64,000 nucleotides of DNA from an uncultured Desulfatitalea sp. (GCA_963668675.2 CAXXMB010000001.1:96001-160000), one strand, 5' to 3'; numbered from the stretch's first letter, positions 30,257-40,970 are shown. A program made the numbers and translations. Notes: generated by a model from the letters alone, not told the origin.

Positions 30257-31429
30257 TTAGAAGCTGACCATCGCGGACAACTGAATGCGGTTCAACTCGC
30301 CATCCCGACCGTCGTAGACCTCGCGCTCGCCACGAAGGTACTCGATGCCGAGACGGGTATTGGGTACCGGGTTGAACATCAGGTTGGCGTGGATGCTGAA
30401 GGTCTCTTCGGTAATATCGGTGCCCTGCAGCTCGATCGGGTCGTCGGCTTTGCTGTAGCCCACGACCAGGGTGGAGCGCCAGGTGCCGACCCAGTAGTGC
30501 TGATAAGCGACGAAGCCGGCCAGTTGGTCCAGGGAGTCAATGTTGCCGCCGGCATCCACGACCGCATCCGGATGGGTCGCAAGGCTGCTGTAGCGGCCGA
30601 GACCCTGCCCGTATTGAATGGCACCCATGACGCTGTCTTGGCCGAAAAGCTTGACCATAGCGCCAACCTGCCCGGAAAGCGCCAGGGCTGAGTCGTCCGC
30701 CGTGGCAGTTTCAACCACGAGTTTTCTGGCCATAACCGCTGCTGATATGTTTCCCCAGCTGGGCGTCATGGTAAAGCGGGCGATGATGTCCGGCATATCG
30801 TCGTCATCGGCCACATTCAATGCCCCGCCCTCGGCGTAGTAGGTTTCCGGGTTTTCCAAGGCAAAATCCATGCTGGTCATGTCGTTCATGTTCCAGGTGT
30901 AGCGCACCATTGCCTGACGAACGAACATCGAGCCGGTAGGACCACCGAAATCGTTGATCTCCGGCAGTGAATAAAGATGCATGAACGTGGACCATGTTTG
31001 CCCGAACAGAAACCCCTTCAGGGTGCCGTAAGCGTGACGCAGGCGGAAGCCGCGGGAATTGGAGACTACCTGGCTGCTCTCCTCTGTGTCGAAGTCCCCC
31101 TCCAAATGGGTCTTCAGGGGGCCCAATTTGGTAGGCGTGGTGGTTTTGACCCAGAGGCGGCTTTCACGGGCGTTGAAGACGATTTCATCCGTGCCTTCCT
31201 CATCACCATCCAGTGGCACCCCACTAGGAACGTACTCGATATTGGCCTGGCTGTCATCGCCGGCCGATACGTCGTTATAGACAACATCTAGCTTCACGTA
31301 ACCACCTATATCGATGGTGGTGTCCGAGCCGGGAACCTGGAAGCCAATGGCCATGGCGGCGGTCGGTGCCGCGATCAGCATCGCTGCCACAAGGGCGCCA
31401 ATTCCAAAAAATCCTATCCACTTCTTCAT
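30257..31429 (-). CDS. DcaP family outer-membrane porin
   Basis: Signal peptide; GGYVKLD, ARESRL, EGDF, RLRHAYG, GQTWSTF; terminal Phe. Confidence 0.85.
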   Translation of the reverse strand: MKKWIGFFGIGALVAAMLIAAPTAAMAIGFQVPGSDTTIDIGGYVKLDVVYNDVSAGDDSQANIEYVPSGVPLDGDEEGTDEIVFNARESRLWVKTTTPTKLGPLKTHLEGDFDTEESSQVVSNSRGFRLRHAYGTLKGFLFGQTWSTFMHLYSLPEINDFGGPTGSMFVRQAMVRYTWNMNDMTSMDFALENPETYYAEGGALNVADDDDMPDIIARFTMTPSWGNISAAVMARKLVVETATADDSALALSGQVGAMVKLFGQDSVMGAIQYGQGLGRYSSLATHPDAVVDAGGNIDSLDQLAGFVAYQHYWVGTWRSTLVVGYSKADDPIELQGTDITEETFSIHANLMFNPVPNTRLGIEYLRGEREVYDGRDGELNRIQLSAMVSF

Positions 31430-31655
31430 TTTTCTCCTCCTGCTTACAATTGCCGTTGTTTGTGGTGGACGGCGGAATCCGATATGCCGCCGCTGAACCG
31501 CACTCCGATCGTGCGACTCTCAATGGGTGGGAAGCTTTGTTTATGACAAATTAGGGGTTCATGTGTCAAGAATTCTAACATGAGCGCTCACACCAGCATC
31601 GATAGGAGGCCGAGTCGCGATACAAAGGATGTTTTTTATACGTAAATATAGATAG

Positions 31656-32591
31656 TTACTCTATGGATGCAGCGTCAGCTTTGTTGGCCCGCTTTGCCAG
31701 CGCCGGCCATGCCTCGGCCGTGATCATCCCCATTACGATCAGGCCGCCGCCGGCCCAGGCCATCGTCGAGAGATGCTCCCCCGCATAGAGGACGGCGAAG
31801 ATCGCACCGAAGACCGGCTCCAGGGTATAGATCAGGGCCGCCCGGGTCGGGGTTGTCATCTTCTGAAAGACAGTCATGGCCCAGAAGGCGTAGACGGTCG
31901 CAAAGACGCTACATATAATCACGGCCCAGAAGAGCGCGGGGGTCCATTGCCGGGGCCATGTCACCGGTTCGAAAACGAGACTGCCCGAAAGGCCGAGGAG
32001 CGCCATGGTGCCAATCTGGACAAAGGCCAGGGCACGGCCGTCGTACCCGTGGGTCCAGGCGTCCAGCCCCAGAACGTGCAGGGCCACAAAGATCGAGCAG
32101 ACCATCACCAGTGCGTCGCCGGGATTGAGCCGGAAGGGCGCTTGGTAGCTCAGCATGAAGAGGCCGCAGAGGGCACACACCACCCCTATCCTGGATCCGG
32201 TGGCGGCCGGTTTTCCCAGCAGCGGACCGGCCAGCAGCGGTACCCACACGACGTTGAGGCCGGTGATAAAAGCGGCGTTGGCTGACGAGGTCTTGGCGAG
32301 TCCGAAGGTCTGGAAGGCATAGGAGCAGAAGAGCAGGGCGCCCAGCCAGACCCCCCTTTTCCATCCACTTCTTCCCAGTGCCCTGATCTGGGCGGGGCCG
32401 GCCCAGGCAAAGAGAATCAGGGCTGCCAGGGCAAAGCGGATCCATAGAAAGGCCATTACCGGTGTTTCACGAATGGCATCTTTGACCAGCGGAAATGTCC
32501 CCCCCCAGAAGACGGTGACAATGACCAACATGAATTCGGCCAGGCAGCGGCGGGTATTCTCGGGGGGTGGCGTTAACGGTTCGACCATCAC
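31656..32591 (-). CDS. DMT/EamA family exporter
   Basis: FWGGTFPLVK, QTFGLAKTSSANAAFITGL, TLEPVF. Confidence 0.85.
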   Translation of the reverse strand: MMVEPLTPPPENTRRCLAEFMLVIVTVFWGGTFPLVKDAIRETPVMAFLWIRFALAALILFAWAGPAQIRALGRSGWKRGVWLGALLFCSYAFQTFGLAKTSSANAAFITGLNVVWVPLLAGPLLGKPAATGSRIGVVCALCGLFMLSYQAPFRLNPGDALVMVCSIFVALHVLGLDAWTHGYDGRALAFVQIGTMALLGLSGSLVFEPVTWPRQWTPALFWAVIICSVFATVYAFWAMTVFQKMTTPTRAALIYTLEPVFGAIFAVLYAGEHLSTMAWAGGGLIVMGMITAEAWPALAKRANKADAASIE

Positions 32592-32761
32592 ATGTCACGT
32601 TCGTTTGGCGTGTCGCAGATTCTGGCAGCCGCCACAAATGCGGGTGAGGTTATCCAATAATTGAATTCAACCATTGCGATTGTTATGCACCAAGACCTAT
32701 GCTATGAAAATCTAAAAACAACAAGGGCGTACCATGCAACTCTGAAGAAAGCGTGTCAAGC

Positions 32762-32926
32762 ATGAAGCGCGGAGAGAAAGAACCCATACAGGTCAGATGC
32801 CCCCGTTGCGGGAGCCGCTCTATCGTCTACCTCCCGGTGGACGATCTGCCGCGTTGCCCCAATCCTGAGTGCAAGGGGCGCCGCATGGTGATCGAGGAGT
32901 TGCTCGATGAGGGGAAATCCTACTAA
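32762..32926 (+). CDS. 54-aa zinc-ribbon microprotein (below ORF-track cutoff)
   Basis: Hand translation MKRGEKEPIQVRCPRCGSRSIVYLPVDDLPRCPNPECKGRRMVIEELLDEGKSY; CxxC...CxxxxC; fills the gap before the ABC operon. Confidence 0.75.
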   Translation: MKRGEKEPIQVRCPRCGSRSIVYLPVDDLPRCPNPECKGRRMVIEELLDEGKSY

Positions 32927-32986
32927 CATATAATCTTTCGATGGCCGGCCACCGGCCGCAATTGAAATGGGTAGAAGGAGGCTTCA

Positions 32987-33793
32987 ATGAAAAAACTGTT
33001 AGCGACGGGCTTGGCGTTGGGCGTACTTTTCCTTTTCACCGTTACCATGGCCTCAGCCGATAAAGGGGCACTCGAAGAGATCCTCGATCGAGGCACACTG
33101 CGGGTCGGCATGGAACCCGGGTACATGCCCTTTGAACTCACCAATCAGAAGGGTGAGATTATCGGCTTCGATGTGGATATGGCCAAGCGCATGGCAAAAG
33201 CGATGGGCGTCAAGCTGGAGCTGGTTTCAACCGCCTGGGACGGTATCATCCCGGCCCTGCTGACCAAAAAGTTCGATATCCTGATGTCCGGCATGACGCT
33301 GACCCAGGAGCGCAACATGAAGATCAATTTTGCGAGCCCCTATATCGTCATCGGCCAGACCATTCTGCTGCGCAAGGAGCTGGTGGGAAAGGTCAAAACA
33401 TATAATGATCTCAACAATCCTAAGTACAAGGTCGGCTCCAAACTGGGCACCACCGGCGAGCAGGCCACCAAACGGATGATCTCAAAGGCGAAATACATCT
33501 CATACGAGACTGAGCAGGAGGGGGTCCTCGAAGCGGTCAACGGCAAAATCGACGCCTTTATTTACGATTTGCCTTACAATTCGGCAGCCATCGCCCAGCG
33601 CGGGCAGGGAAAACTGGTTCACCTGGACAAACCCTTCACCTACGAACCGCTGGCATGGGCCGTGCGCAAAGGGGATTTTGATTTCATCAACTGGCTGAAC
33701 AACTTCTTGAACCAGGTCAAGAACGACGGAACCTATGATAAAATCTACAAAAAGTGGTTCGAAGACGACGCCTGGATGAAAGAGCTGCAGTAG
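32987..33793 (+). CDS. Polar amino acid ABC transporter substrate-binding protein
   Basis: Signal peptide; YMPFE, GFDVD, WDGIIPAL, GTTGE, DGTYDKIYKKWF. Confidence 0.92.
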   Translation: MKKLLATGLALGVLFLFTVTMASADKGALEEILDRGTLRVGMEPGYMPFELTNQKGEIIGFDVDMAKRMAKAMGVKLELVSTAWDGIIPALLTKKFDILMSGMTLTQERNMKINFASPYIVIGQTILLRKELVGKVKTYNDLNNPKYKVGSKLGTTGEQATKRMISKAKYISYETEQEGVLEAVNGKIDAFIYDLPYNSAAIAQRGQGKLVHLDKPFTYEPLAWAVRKGDFDFINWLNNFLNQVKNDGTYDKIYKKWFEDDAWMKELQ

Positions 33794-34765
33794 ATGCCCG
33801 GCGCGCTTAAAAAGACGCCCCATCAACTGCCCTGGGTTCTCCTTCTGGCGGCCATTCTCATCGTTCTGGCCGCCGGAACTTGGGGGGCCGTGCGCAAGAT
33901 CGATTACGCCTGGCGCTGGAACCGGGTTCCCCAATATTTTTTCTACCATGGTGAAGAGGCAGTAAAGATCCCCTTTGACGGCCGGGTGGAGCAGATAGGA
34001 CCAGCCGGCAAAAAAACATCGGTTCACCTCGTATCGGAAGAGGGTACCGCGGTCACGCTCAAGGTGGATAAGGGGCAACTGAAGGTCTCCGAAGGTGACG
34101 AGCTGTTCGAGGGCGACACCGTCGGGTTCAAATACCGGTGGCGCCTGGGCCCATTGATGTTCGGGTTGTGGACCACGTTGTGGATTTCGGGTGTGGCCAG
34201 TGTGATGGCACTGGTGATCGGCCTGCTCACCGGTTTGTGCCGGATCTCCAAAAATCTGACGCTGAGAGGCTTGGCGACCATTTACGTCGAGTTCATCCGC
34301 GGCACACCGCTGCTCGTCCAAATTTTTATTGCCTATTTCTTCATCGGCACCGTGTTCAATCTCAACCGCAACGTGGCAGGGGTAGGTGCCCTTAGCATCT
34401 TCGCCGGAGCCTATGTGGCCGAGATTGTCCGTGCCGGTATCCAGTCCATCCCCCGAGGGCAGATGGAGGCCGCCCGCTCGTTGGGCATGAACGTTTTTCA
34501 GGCGATGCTCCACATCATCCTGCCCCAGGCGCTCAAGCGCACATTACCTCCATTGGCAGGGCAGTTCATCAGTCTGATCAAAGACTCCTCGCTGGTCTCG
34601 GTCATTGCCATTACCGACCTGACAAAATCGGGCCGGGAGATTATCACCAGCACGTTTGCCACTTTCGAGGTGTGGTTGACGGTGGCCGCCATGTATCTGG
34701 TGGTCACCTCACTGATGTCCCAATTGGTGTTTTATCTGGAACGGAGGTTCGCGGTCAGTGATTGA
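33794..34765 (+). CDS. Polar amino acid ABC transporter permease
   Basis: [42 protein letters not shown]. Confidence 0.92.
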   Translation: MPGALKKTPHQLPWVLLLAAILIVLAAGTWGAVRKIDYAWRWNRVPQYFFYHGEEAVKIPFDGRVEQIGPAGKKTSVHLVSEEGTAVTLKVDKGQLKVSEGDELFEGDTVGFKYRWRLGPLMFGLWTTLWISGVASVMALVIGLLTGLCRISKNLTLRGLATIYVEFIRGTPLLVQIFIAYFFIGTVFNLNRNVAGVGALSIFAGAYVAEIVRAGIQSIPRGQMEAARSLGMNVFQAMLHIILPQALKRTLPPLAGQFISLIKDSSLVSVIAITDLTKSGREIITSTFATFEVWLTVAAMYLVVTSLMSQLVFYLERRFAVSD

Positions 34766-35492
34766 AGCAACCGATGTCGTCAAAGTGTTTTCGGGGCGCG
34801 GCGTGACCGTCAGGGCGGTCGATGGCGTTTCCGCGCAGGTAGCCAAGGGCGAGGTGGTGGTGATCATCGGCCCCTCCGGCTCGGGAAAATCGACCTTTTT
34901 GCGCTGTATCAACGGCATGGAGGCCTTCGACGACGGCCATATCCTCATCGATGGTGTGGACCTGGCCGACCGAAAGACCGATTTGAATGCGGTGCGGGCC
35001 GAGGTGGGGATGGTGTTCCAGCAGTTCAATCTGTTTCCCCATAAGACGGTACTGGAGAACCTTACCCTGGCCCAGCGGGTGGTGCGCAAACGATCCCGCA
35101 AAGATGCGGGTGAAAAGGCGCGAACTCTATTAAGCAAGGTCGGGATCGCAGAAAAGGAGCGTGAATACCCCTCGCGCCTCTCAGGGGGGCAGCAACAGCG
35201 GGTCGCCATTGCAAGAGCGTTGGCCATGGAGCCCAAGATCATGCTTTTTGATGAACCGACCTCCGCCCTGGACCCCGAAATGGTGGGCGAGGTGCTCGAT
35301 GTCATGAAGCAACTGGCACGGGAGGGCATGACCATGTGTGTGGTCACCCACGAGATGGGGTTCGCCCGGGAGGTGGCTGATCGCGTTCTTTTCATGGATG
35401 AGGGGAAACTCGTCGAAGAGGGAACGCCCGAACATTTTTTCACCAATCCGACCGAAGAGCGCACCAAGTTGTTTTTAAGTCAGGTGCTTTAG
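34758..35492 (+). CDS. Polar amino acid ABC transporter ATP-binding protein (GlnQ-like)
   Basis: [35 protein letters not shown]. Confidence 0.93.
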   Translation: MIEATDVVKVFSGRGVTVRAVDGVSAQVAKGEVVVIIGPSGSGKSTFLRCINGMEAFDDGHILIDGVDLADRKTDLNAVRAEVGMVFQQFNLFPHKTVLENLTLAQRVVRKRSRKDAGEKARTLLSKVGIAEKEREYPSRLSGGQQQRVAIARALAMEPKIMLFDEPTSALDPEMVGEVLDVMKQLAREGMTMCVVTHEMGFAREVADRVLFMDEGKLVEEGTPEHFFTNPTEERTKLFLSQVL

Positions 35493-35624
35493 GGGATCTT
35501 GACTCTCGGTTGCAATAATCATAGATGATCTTAAATTGCCAGGTCAGTACAACGATATACAGATCAGCGTCCAGATATACCCTTTGGGGGTTTCAACCAT
35601 AATTGCGATGAAGGAGGGGAAGAT

Positions 35625-36758
35625 ATGTTGAATTGTCTAACTACGAAAAGGATTGCCGCCATTGCTGCGGCACTGTTTCTGTCTGTTGTGATCTGTGGTC
35701 CTGCTTTGGCAGCCGATACCATTAAATTTGGTGTCGCAGGTGCGCACAGCGGGGATCTGGCTTCCTACGGCCTTCCCAGCGTCAATGCCGCCAAGTTGGT
35801 GGTGGCGGATTTCAACGCCAAGGGAGGTGTGCTGGGCAAACAGATTGAGCTGGTCATCGAGGATGACGTCTGCAAACCTGAAGTGGCCACCAGTACCGCG
35901 ACGAAATTGGTCGGTGAAGGTGTGTCGGTTGTGTTGGGCCATATTTGCAGCGGTGCCACCAAAGCGGCCCTGGGCATTTACAAAGACTCCAAGGTCGTGG
36001 TCATGTCACCTTCGGCCACCAACCCGGCGCTGACCCAAAGCGGTGACTATCCCAATTTTTTCCGAACAATTGCCGCAGACGACGCCCAGGCCAGAATGGA
36101 AGTGGATTTTGCCCTGGACGTTCTCAAGGTAAAAAAGATCGCCGTGCTGCATGACAAAGGCGACTACGGAAAAGGATTGGCCGAGTTTGCCAAGAGCTTC
36201 CTCGAAGCGGACAAGCGAGCCGAACTGGTCCTTTACGAAGGCGTGACGCCGGGGGCGGTCGACTACTCCGCTGTCGTCCAGAAGATCAAAAGAAGTAAAG
36301 CCGAGGCGGTCATTTTCGGCGGGTACCATCCCGAGGCATCAAAGATTGTAACGCAGATGCGCAGAAAGAAGATGAAGACCATCTTTATCTCCGACGATGG
36401 CGTCAAGGACGACACCTTCATCAAGGTGGCCAAGAAGTATGCCGAGGGTGTCTATGCCACTGGGCCCAAAGATGTGAGCAAGAACCCCCTGACAGAGGTG
36501 TACCTTGAAAAGCATAAGGCCGAATTCAAATCCGATCCGGGCGCTTTTTACGACAACGCCGTATCGGCCGCCATTGCGCTGTTGACCGCCATTCAGAATG
36601 CCGGCTCAACAGATTACGATGCCATTGTCAAGGCACTGCAGACCAAAGAGGTGGACACCCCTGTGGGCAGCATCAAGTTTGACGAGCGTGGTGACGCCAT
36701 CGGCGTGGGCTTTACCGTGTACCAGGTCAAAAATGGTGCCTATGTGGAAGTAAAATAG
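35625..36758 (+). CDS. livK: Branched-chain amino acid ABC substrate-binding protein
   Basis: Signal peptide; NAKGGVLG, DDVCKP, GHICSG, SATNPALT, YGKGLA. Confidence 0.88.
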   Translation: MLNCLTTKRIAAIAAALFLSVVICGPALAADTIKFGVAGAHSGDLASYGLPSVNAAKLVVADFNAKGGVLGKQIELVIEDDVCKPEVATSTATKLVGEGVSVVLGHICSGATKAALGIYKDSKVVVMSPSATNPALTQSGDYPNFFRTIAADDAQARMEVDFALDVLKVKKIAVLHDKGDYGKGLAEFAKSFLEADKRAELVLYEGVTPGAVDYSAVVQKIKRSKAEAVIFGGYHPEASKIVTQMRRKKMKTIFISDDGVKDDTFIKVAKKYAEGVYATGPKDVSKNPLTEVYLEKHKAEFKSDPGAFYDNAVSAAIALLTAIQNAGSTDYDAIVKALQTKEVDTPVGSIKFDERGDAIGVGFTVYQVKNGAYVEVK

Positions 36759-36777
36759 TGATGTTGGACATCTGCTC

Positions 36778-36818
36778 TCAGGGAACAGGCCTTGCAGGGG
36801 CCTGTTCCCTGATTTTTT
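36778..36818 (+). terminator. Rho-independent terminator/attenuator after livK
   Basis: 14-bp stem TCAGGGAACAGGCC/GGCCTGTTCCCTGA followed by T6. Confidence 0.8.
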
Positions 36819-36836
36819 AATTGAGGTGGTTGCGCC

Positions 36837-37745
36837 ATGGACCTGGAATACTTTTTTGAGCTCTTTCTCGGCGGCTTGACCCGCGGCAGTATCTACGCAC
36901 TGATTGCGCTGGGGTACACGATGGTCTACGGCATCATCGAACTGATCAATTTTGCCCATGGTGAAATTTACATGATCGGTGCCTTTACAGGCCTGATCGT
37001 TGCCGGACTGTTGACGCTTCTCGGCTGGCCCTCCTTGGCCATATTGCTGATCGCCTCCATTGTGGCGATCATCTACTCGAGCGCTTATGGATGGACCTTG
37101 GAGAAGATCGCCTATAAGCCGTTGCGAAAAGCGCCGCGCCTCTCGGCCCTGATCAGCGCCATCGGCATGTCCCTCTTTCTGCAAAACTACGTTCTGCTGG
37201 CCCAGACCTCCGATTTTCTGCCCTTTCCCAACCTGATTCCCGATTTTAAATTTCTGGAGCCGATCGAGCATATTGTGCGCTCTTCGGAGATTGTGATCTA
37301 TAGTGTCACCGCCATCGTCATGGTGGCATTGACCATCGTGATCAAGTTTACCCGCATGGGCAAGGCCATGCGCGCCACCAGTCAGGACCGGGAGATGGCC
37401 ATGCTGGTTGGTATCGATGTGAACCGTGTGATATCGATGACGTTTCTCCTGGGTTCGGCAACGGCCGCTTTGGGAGGGATCCTGATTGCGTCCCATATTG
37501 GCCAGATCAATTACTACATCGGCTTCCTTGCGGGCATTAAAGCATTCGTGGCAGCTGTTCTTGGCGGTATCGGCAGTATGCCCGGTGCCGTGTTGGGCAG
37601 TTTGGTCCTGGGGTGGTCGGAAAGCTTTTTCACCGGCTATATCTCCAGTGATTATGAGGATGTCTTTGCTTTTCTCTTCCTGGTCGTCATTCTGATCTTT
37701 CGACCATCGGGCCTGCTGGGAAGGAAGGAAGCAGACAAAGTTTGA
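36837..37745 (+). CDS. livH: Branched-chain amino acid ABC permease
   Basis: GSIYALIALGYTMVYGI, INFAHGE, KAFVAAVLGGIGS. Confidence 0.92.
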   Translation: MDLEYFFELFLGGLTRGSIYALIALGYTMVYGIIELINFAHGEIYMIGAFTGLIVAGLLTLLGWPSLAILLIASIVAIIYSSAYGWTLEKIAYKPLRKAPRLSALISAIGMSLFLQNYVLLAQTSDFLPFPNLIPDFKFLEPIEHIVRSSEIVIYSVTAIVMVALTIVIKFTRMGKAMRATSQDREMAMLVGIDVNRVISMTFLLGSATAALGGILIASHIGQINYYIGFLAGIKAFVAAVLGGIGSMPGAVLGSLVLGWSESFFTGYISSDYEDVFAFLFLVVILIFRPSGLLGRKEADKV

Positions 37746-37786
37746 TCGCATAGCATTTTACCCCCGACGCCTGGAGCAGAGCTGAT

Positions 37787-39040
37787 ATGTCGGATATATC
37801 ACAACGCATCAACCTCTTCGGATGGGAAGAGGTTAAAAAGTCCCTGATGGTATGTGTCTGGTTCATGTTTCTGACATTCCCCATCATGGTGATTCAGGTC
37901 AATACCATCCATCGAACGGTAGAGTGGCGCTGGGAACGGATGCTTTTCGTGGGCATCGGCGCTTTTTTTCTCTCCTTCGTCTGGCGCTACATGATCCGCC
38001 GCAAAGAAGAGGGTATCCGAAAATCCGAAATTGAAGCGGGCGCTGGTCTCACCGCCACACAAAGGCTTCTCAAGAACCCGCGCTTTTCACGTCCCGCCCT
38101 GGCAGTGGCAGGGATCTTCTTCATCGCGTTCCCCATGATCTTCTCCCTCTATCAGATCGACATCATGACCACTGCGCTGATCTATGTGGTGGTGGCCCTG
38201 GGTCTCAATATCGTGGTGGGACTGGCCGGTCTGCTCGATCTTGGATATGTGGCCTTTTTTGCCGTTGGGGCCTATGCGTACGCTCTGCTCAATGTCCATT
38301 TCGGGCTGGGTTTCTGGCTTTGCCTGCCCATCGGCGGAGCGCTAGGGTTTCTCTTCGGTATCATACTGGGTTTTCCGGTGCTGCGGCTGAGAGGGGATTA
38401 CCTGGCCATCGTCACGTTGGGGTTTGGAGAGATTATCCGGCTGGTCCTGGAGAATTGGAACGACTTTTCGTTCGGCCCCAGCGGAATCGCCAATATACCG
38501 CGACCCGGCCTTTTCGGAATGGACCTCAGCCTGCATCAGAACCACACCTATCTCTACTATCTGATGGTCGCTCTGGCGCTTTTTACGATTTTCGTGGTTC
38601 GGCGATTGCAGGATTCTCGTATCGGCCGTGCGTGGATTGCGTTGCGCGAAGATGAGATCGCCTGCCAGGCCATGGGTATCAACAAGACGCGCACCAAACT
38701 CAGTGCCTTTGCTTTGGGGGCGACCTGGGCGGGTATGGGAGGGGTGGTCTTTGCAGCAAAAACCACCTTTATCAATCCGGCCAGCTTTACCATATGGGAG
38801 TCGGTCATTATACTGTGTTGCGTTGTTTTGGGGGGCATGGGCAGCATTGTCGGCGTCGTGACCGGAGCGCTGGTGCTCAAACTGTTGCCGGAGTATTTCC
38901 GCGCCTTTTCGGAGTACCGAATGCTTGTCTTCGGGATGGTGCTGGTGTTGATGATGGTATTTCGGCCCAGCGGATTGATCAAAAGCGTGAGGCGCGTATA
39001 CAGATTCGAAGGCCTGAACAGAGACGGGGAACAACGATAA
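37787..39040 (+). CDS. livM: Branched-chain amino acid ABC permease
   Basis: GLNIVVGLAGLLDLGYVAF, LRLRGDYLAIVTLGFGEI. Confidence 0.92.
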   Translation: MSDISQRINLFGWEEVKKSLMVCVWFMFLTFPIMVIQVNTIHRTVEWRWERMLFVGIGAFFLSFVWRYMIRRKEEGIRKSEIEAGAGLTATQRLLKNPRFSRPALAVAGIFFIAFPMIFSLYQIDIMTTALIYVVVALGLNIVVGLAGLLDLGYVAFFAVGAYAYALLNVHFGLGFWLCLPIGGALGFLFGIILGFPVLRLRGDYLAIVTLGFGEIIRLVLENWNDFSFGPSGIANIPRPGLFGMDLSLHQNHTYLYYLMVALALFTIFVVRRLQDSRIGRAWIALREDEIACQAMGINKTRTKLSAFALGATWAGMGGVVFAAKTTFINPASFTIWESVIILCCVVLGGMGSIVGVVTGALVLKLLPEYFRAFSEYRMLVFGMVLVLMMVFRPSGLIKSVRRVYRFEGLNRDGEQR

Positions 39041-39044
39041 GACG

Positions 39045-39833
39045 ATGAAGCCGGTATTGACACTTTCCAAGTTGACCAAGGATTTTGGTGGATTGCGCGC
39101 CCTTGATCGTGTGGACCTGAAAATTCACCGCCAGGAGATCGTGGCCCTCATAGGGCCGAACGGCGCTGGGAAAACAACGCTTTTCAACTGCATGACCGGC
39201 ATCTACACGCCCACCAGCGGCGAGGTGGAGCTGATGCTTCCCGATGGTAAAATCGTCCGACTCAACGGTCTCAAACCGGACAGGGTCACCACGCTCGGTA
39301 TGGCGCGTACTTTTCAAAACATCCGCCTGTTTCAAAACATGACTGTCCTGGAGAACGTCATGATCGGGCGTCACTGCCGCATGCATGCCGGTATACCCGG
39401 GGCCGTGCTGCGAAATGCCCGCACCCGCAAGGAGGAGAAGGCGGTCATCAATGACAGCTACCGGATCCTGGAAGATTTTCAGCTGGAGCAGTATGTCAAT
39501 GAGTTTGCCAAAAATTTGCCATACGGCGCCCAGCGACGGTTGGAGATTGCCCGTGCCATGGCCACCGAGCCTTTTCTGCTTCTGCTGGACGAGCCGGCAG
39601 CCGGTATGAATGCGCAGGAGACCAAGGAGCTTGATGAGCTGATTATTCATTTGAGGGACAAGGAGAAGGTCTCCATCCTGCTCATCGAACACGACATGAA
39701 ACTGGTAATGAGTTTGTCCGACCGCATCTTCGTGGTGGATTACGGTCGTAAAATCGCTGAGGGCACGCCGGAAGAAGTGAGCCGCGATCCGGAAGTGATC
39801 AAGGCCTATCTTGGAGAAGAGGCTGATGCTTAA
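39045..39833 (+). CDS. livG: Branched-chain amino acid ABC ATPase
   Basis: GPNGAGKT, ARTFQNIRLF, LPYGAQRRLEIARA, DEPAAGMN. Confidence 0.92.
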   Translation: MKPVLTLSKLTKDFGGLRALDRVDLKIHRQEIVALIGPNGAGKTTLFNCMTGIYTPTSGEVELMLPDGKIVRLNGLKPDRVTTLGMARTFQNIRLFQNMTVLENVMIGRHCRMHAGIPGAVLRNARTRKEEKAVINDSYRILEDFQLEQYVNEFAKNLPYGAQRRLEIARAMATEPFLLLLDEPAAGMNAQETKELDELIIHLRDKEKVSILLIEHDMKLVMSLSDRIFVVDYGRKIAEGTPEEVSRDPEVIKAYLGEEADA

Positions 39834-40533
39834 GTTGAATGACGTCCATACCTATTATGGTAACATTCAGGCCTTGAAAGGCATATCGATCGAGATCGAA
39901 CAGGGGGAGATCGTCACCTTGATCGGCGCCAACGGCGCCGGTAAGAGTACGACGCTGATGTCCATCTCCGGCATTGTGCCGATCCGTACCGGTGATATCG
40001 CCTTTGAAGGCAAATCGATTTCCAAGATGACGCCCAATGAAATTGTGGCCCTGGGGATTTGCCAGGTGCCCGAGGGGCGCCGTATCTTTCCTTACCTGAC
40101 GGTGATGGAGAACCTGGATATCGGGGCCTTCCTGAGGGATGACACGTCGGAGGTGGCCAAAGATCTCGATTACGTTTTCGACCTTTTTCCCATCCTGGCT
40201 CAGCGTCGTCACCAGGCTGGCGGCACCCTGAGCGGTGGAGAGCAGCAGATGCTGGCCATCTCGAGAGCCCTGATGGCCCGGCCGCGTCTGCTGTTGCTCG
40301 ATGAGCCCTCTTTGGGATTGGCTCCCCTGGTGGTCAAGCGCATCTTCGAAATCATCAAGAAGATCAATACCGAGAACAACACGACCATTTTTCTGGTCGA
40401 ACAGAATGCCAATCTCGCCCTCAAGGTGGCCCACCGTGGCTATGTGATGGAAAACGGCAAGATAACGCTTTCGGATAAAAGTAAGAACCTGATGGACAAC
40501 GAGGAGATCCGCAAGGCCTATTTGGGGATCTAA
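39826..40533 (+). CDS. livF: Branched-chain amino acid ABC ATPase
   Basis: GANGAGKS, VPEGRRIF, LSGGEQQM, LVEQNA; start moved to ATG 39826. Confidence 0.92.
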   Translation: MLKLNDVHTYYGNIQALKGISIEIEQGEIVTLIGANGAGKSTTLMSISGIVPIRTGDIAFEGKSISKMTPNEIVALGICQVPEGRRIFPYLTVMENLDIGAFLRDDTSEVAKDLDYVFDLFPILAQRRHQAGGTLSGGEQQMLAISRALMARPRLLLLDEPSLGLAPLVVKRIFEIIKKINTENNTTIFLVEQNANLALKVAHRGYVMENGKITLSDKSKNLMDNEEIRKAYLGI

Positions 40534-40558
40534 AGCAATTTCAATGAGGAGAGAAGTA

Positions 40559-40596
40559 GAAGGGCGAGGGGGGTATTACTTCCCAGCCCTTTTTTT
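40559..40596 (+). terminator. Probable rho-independent terminator after livF
   Basis: AAGGGC...GCCCTT imperfect stem followed by T7. Confidence 0.6.
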
Positions 40597-40612
40597 GTAG
40601 AAAGCTTCAATA

Positions 40613-40859
40613 ACTCAACTTTCAGATTTAGAAACGGCGAGTCCAGTGGGTGGATGCTCTGCTCCTCACGCAAACGCACGCAAGTGCCGTTAAGCATCAG
40701 TTCCGGGCGTCCTGGAAACTCGCTATCGCTCAAACAGTCCGGGCCGCTGGTCCTCCACTGACGCTAAGCGGCACTAGCATGCAATGCTGACGAGGAGCAG
40801 AACATCCACCCACTGGACTCGCCTCCATATGAAGGTTTAACGAAACCGGAAAGTTGATT
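40613..40859. mobile_element. MITE-like palindromic repeat, family A copy 1
   Basis: Terminal TCAACTTTC/GAAAGTTGA; inner 32-bp inverted repeat 40636-40667/40792-40823 (1 mismatch); a related copy lies at 46229-46516. Confidence 0.75.
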
Positions 40860-40945
40860 CAGCAACTTAAGCGGATGAGGTGGCGCAAAATTACGCCCCT
40901 GTGATGTCTGGTCGAATACAGAGACTGTTTTTATGAGCGGGCCTT

Positions 40946-40970
40946 GTAGGGGCGGGCTTTACGCCCGCCC
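40946..40970. repeat. GTAG-type REP, single copy
   Basis: GTAGGGGCGGGCTTTACGCCCGCCC, one mismatch to the REP at 25460. Confidence 0.8.

Noticed and set aside
31536..31569. TTTGT-N5-ACAAA palindrome and TTGACA upstream of the DcaP porin
   Set aside because: Short AT-rich palindrome and no convincing -10 at proper spacing
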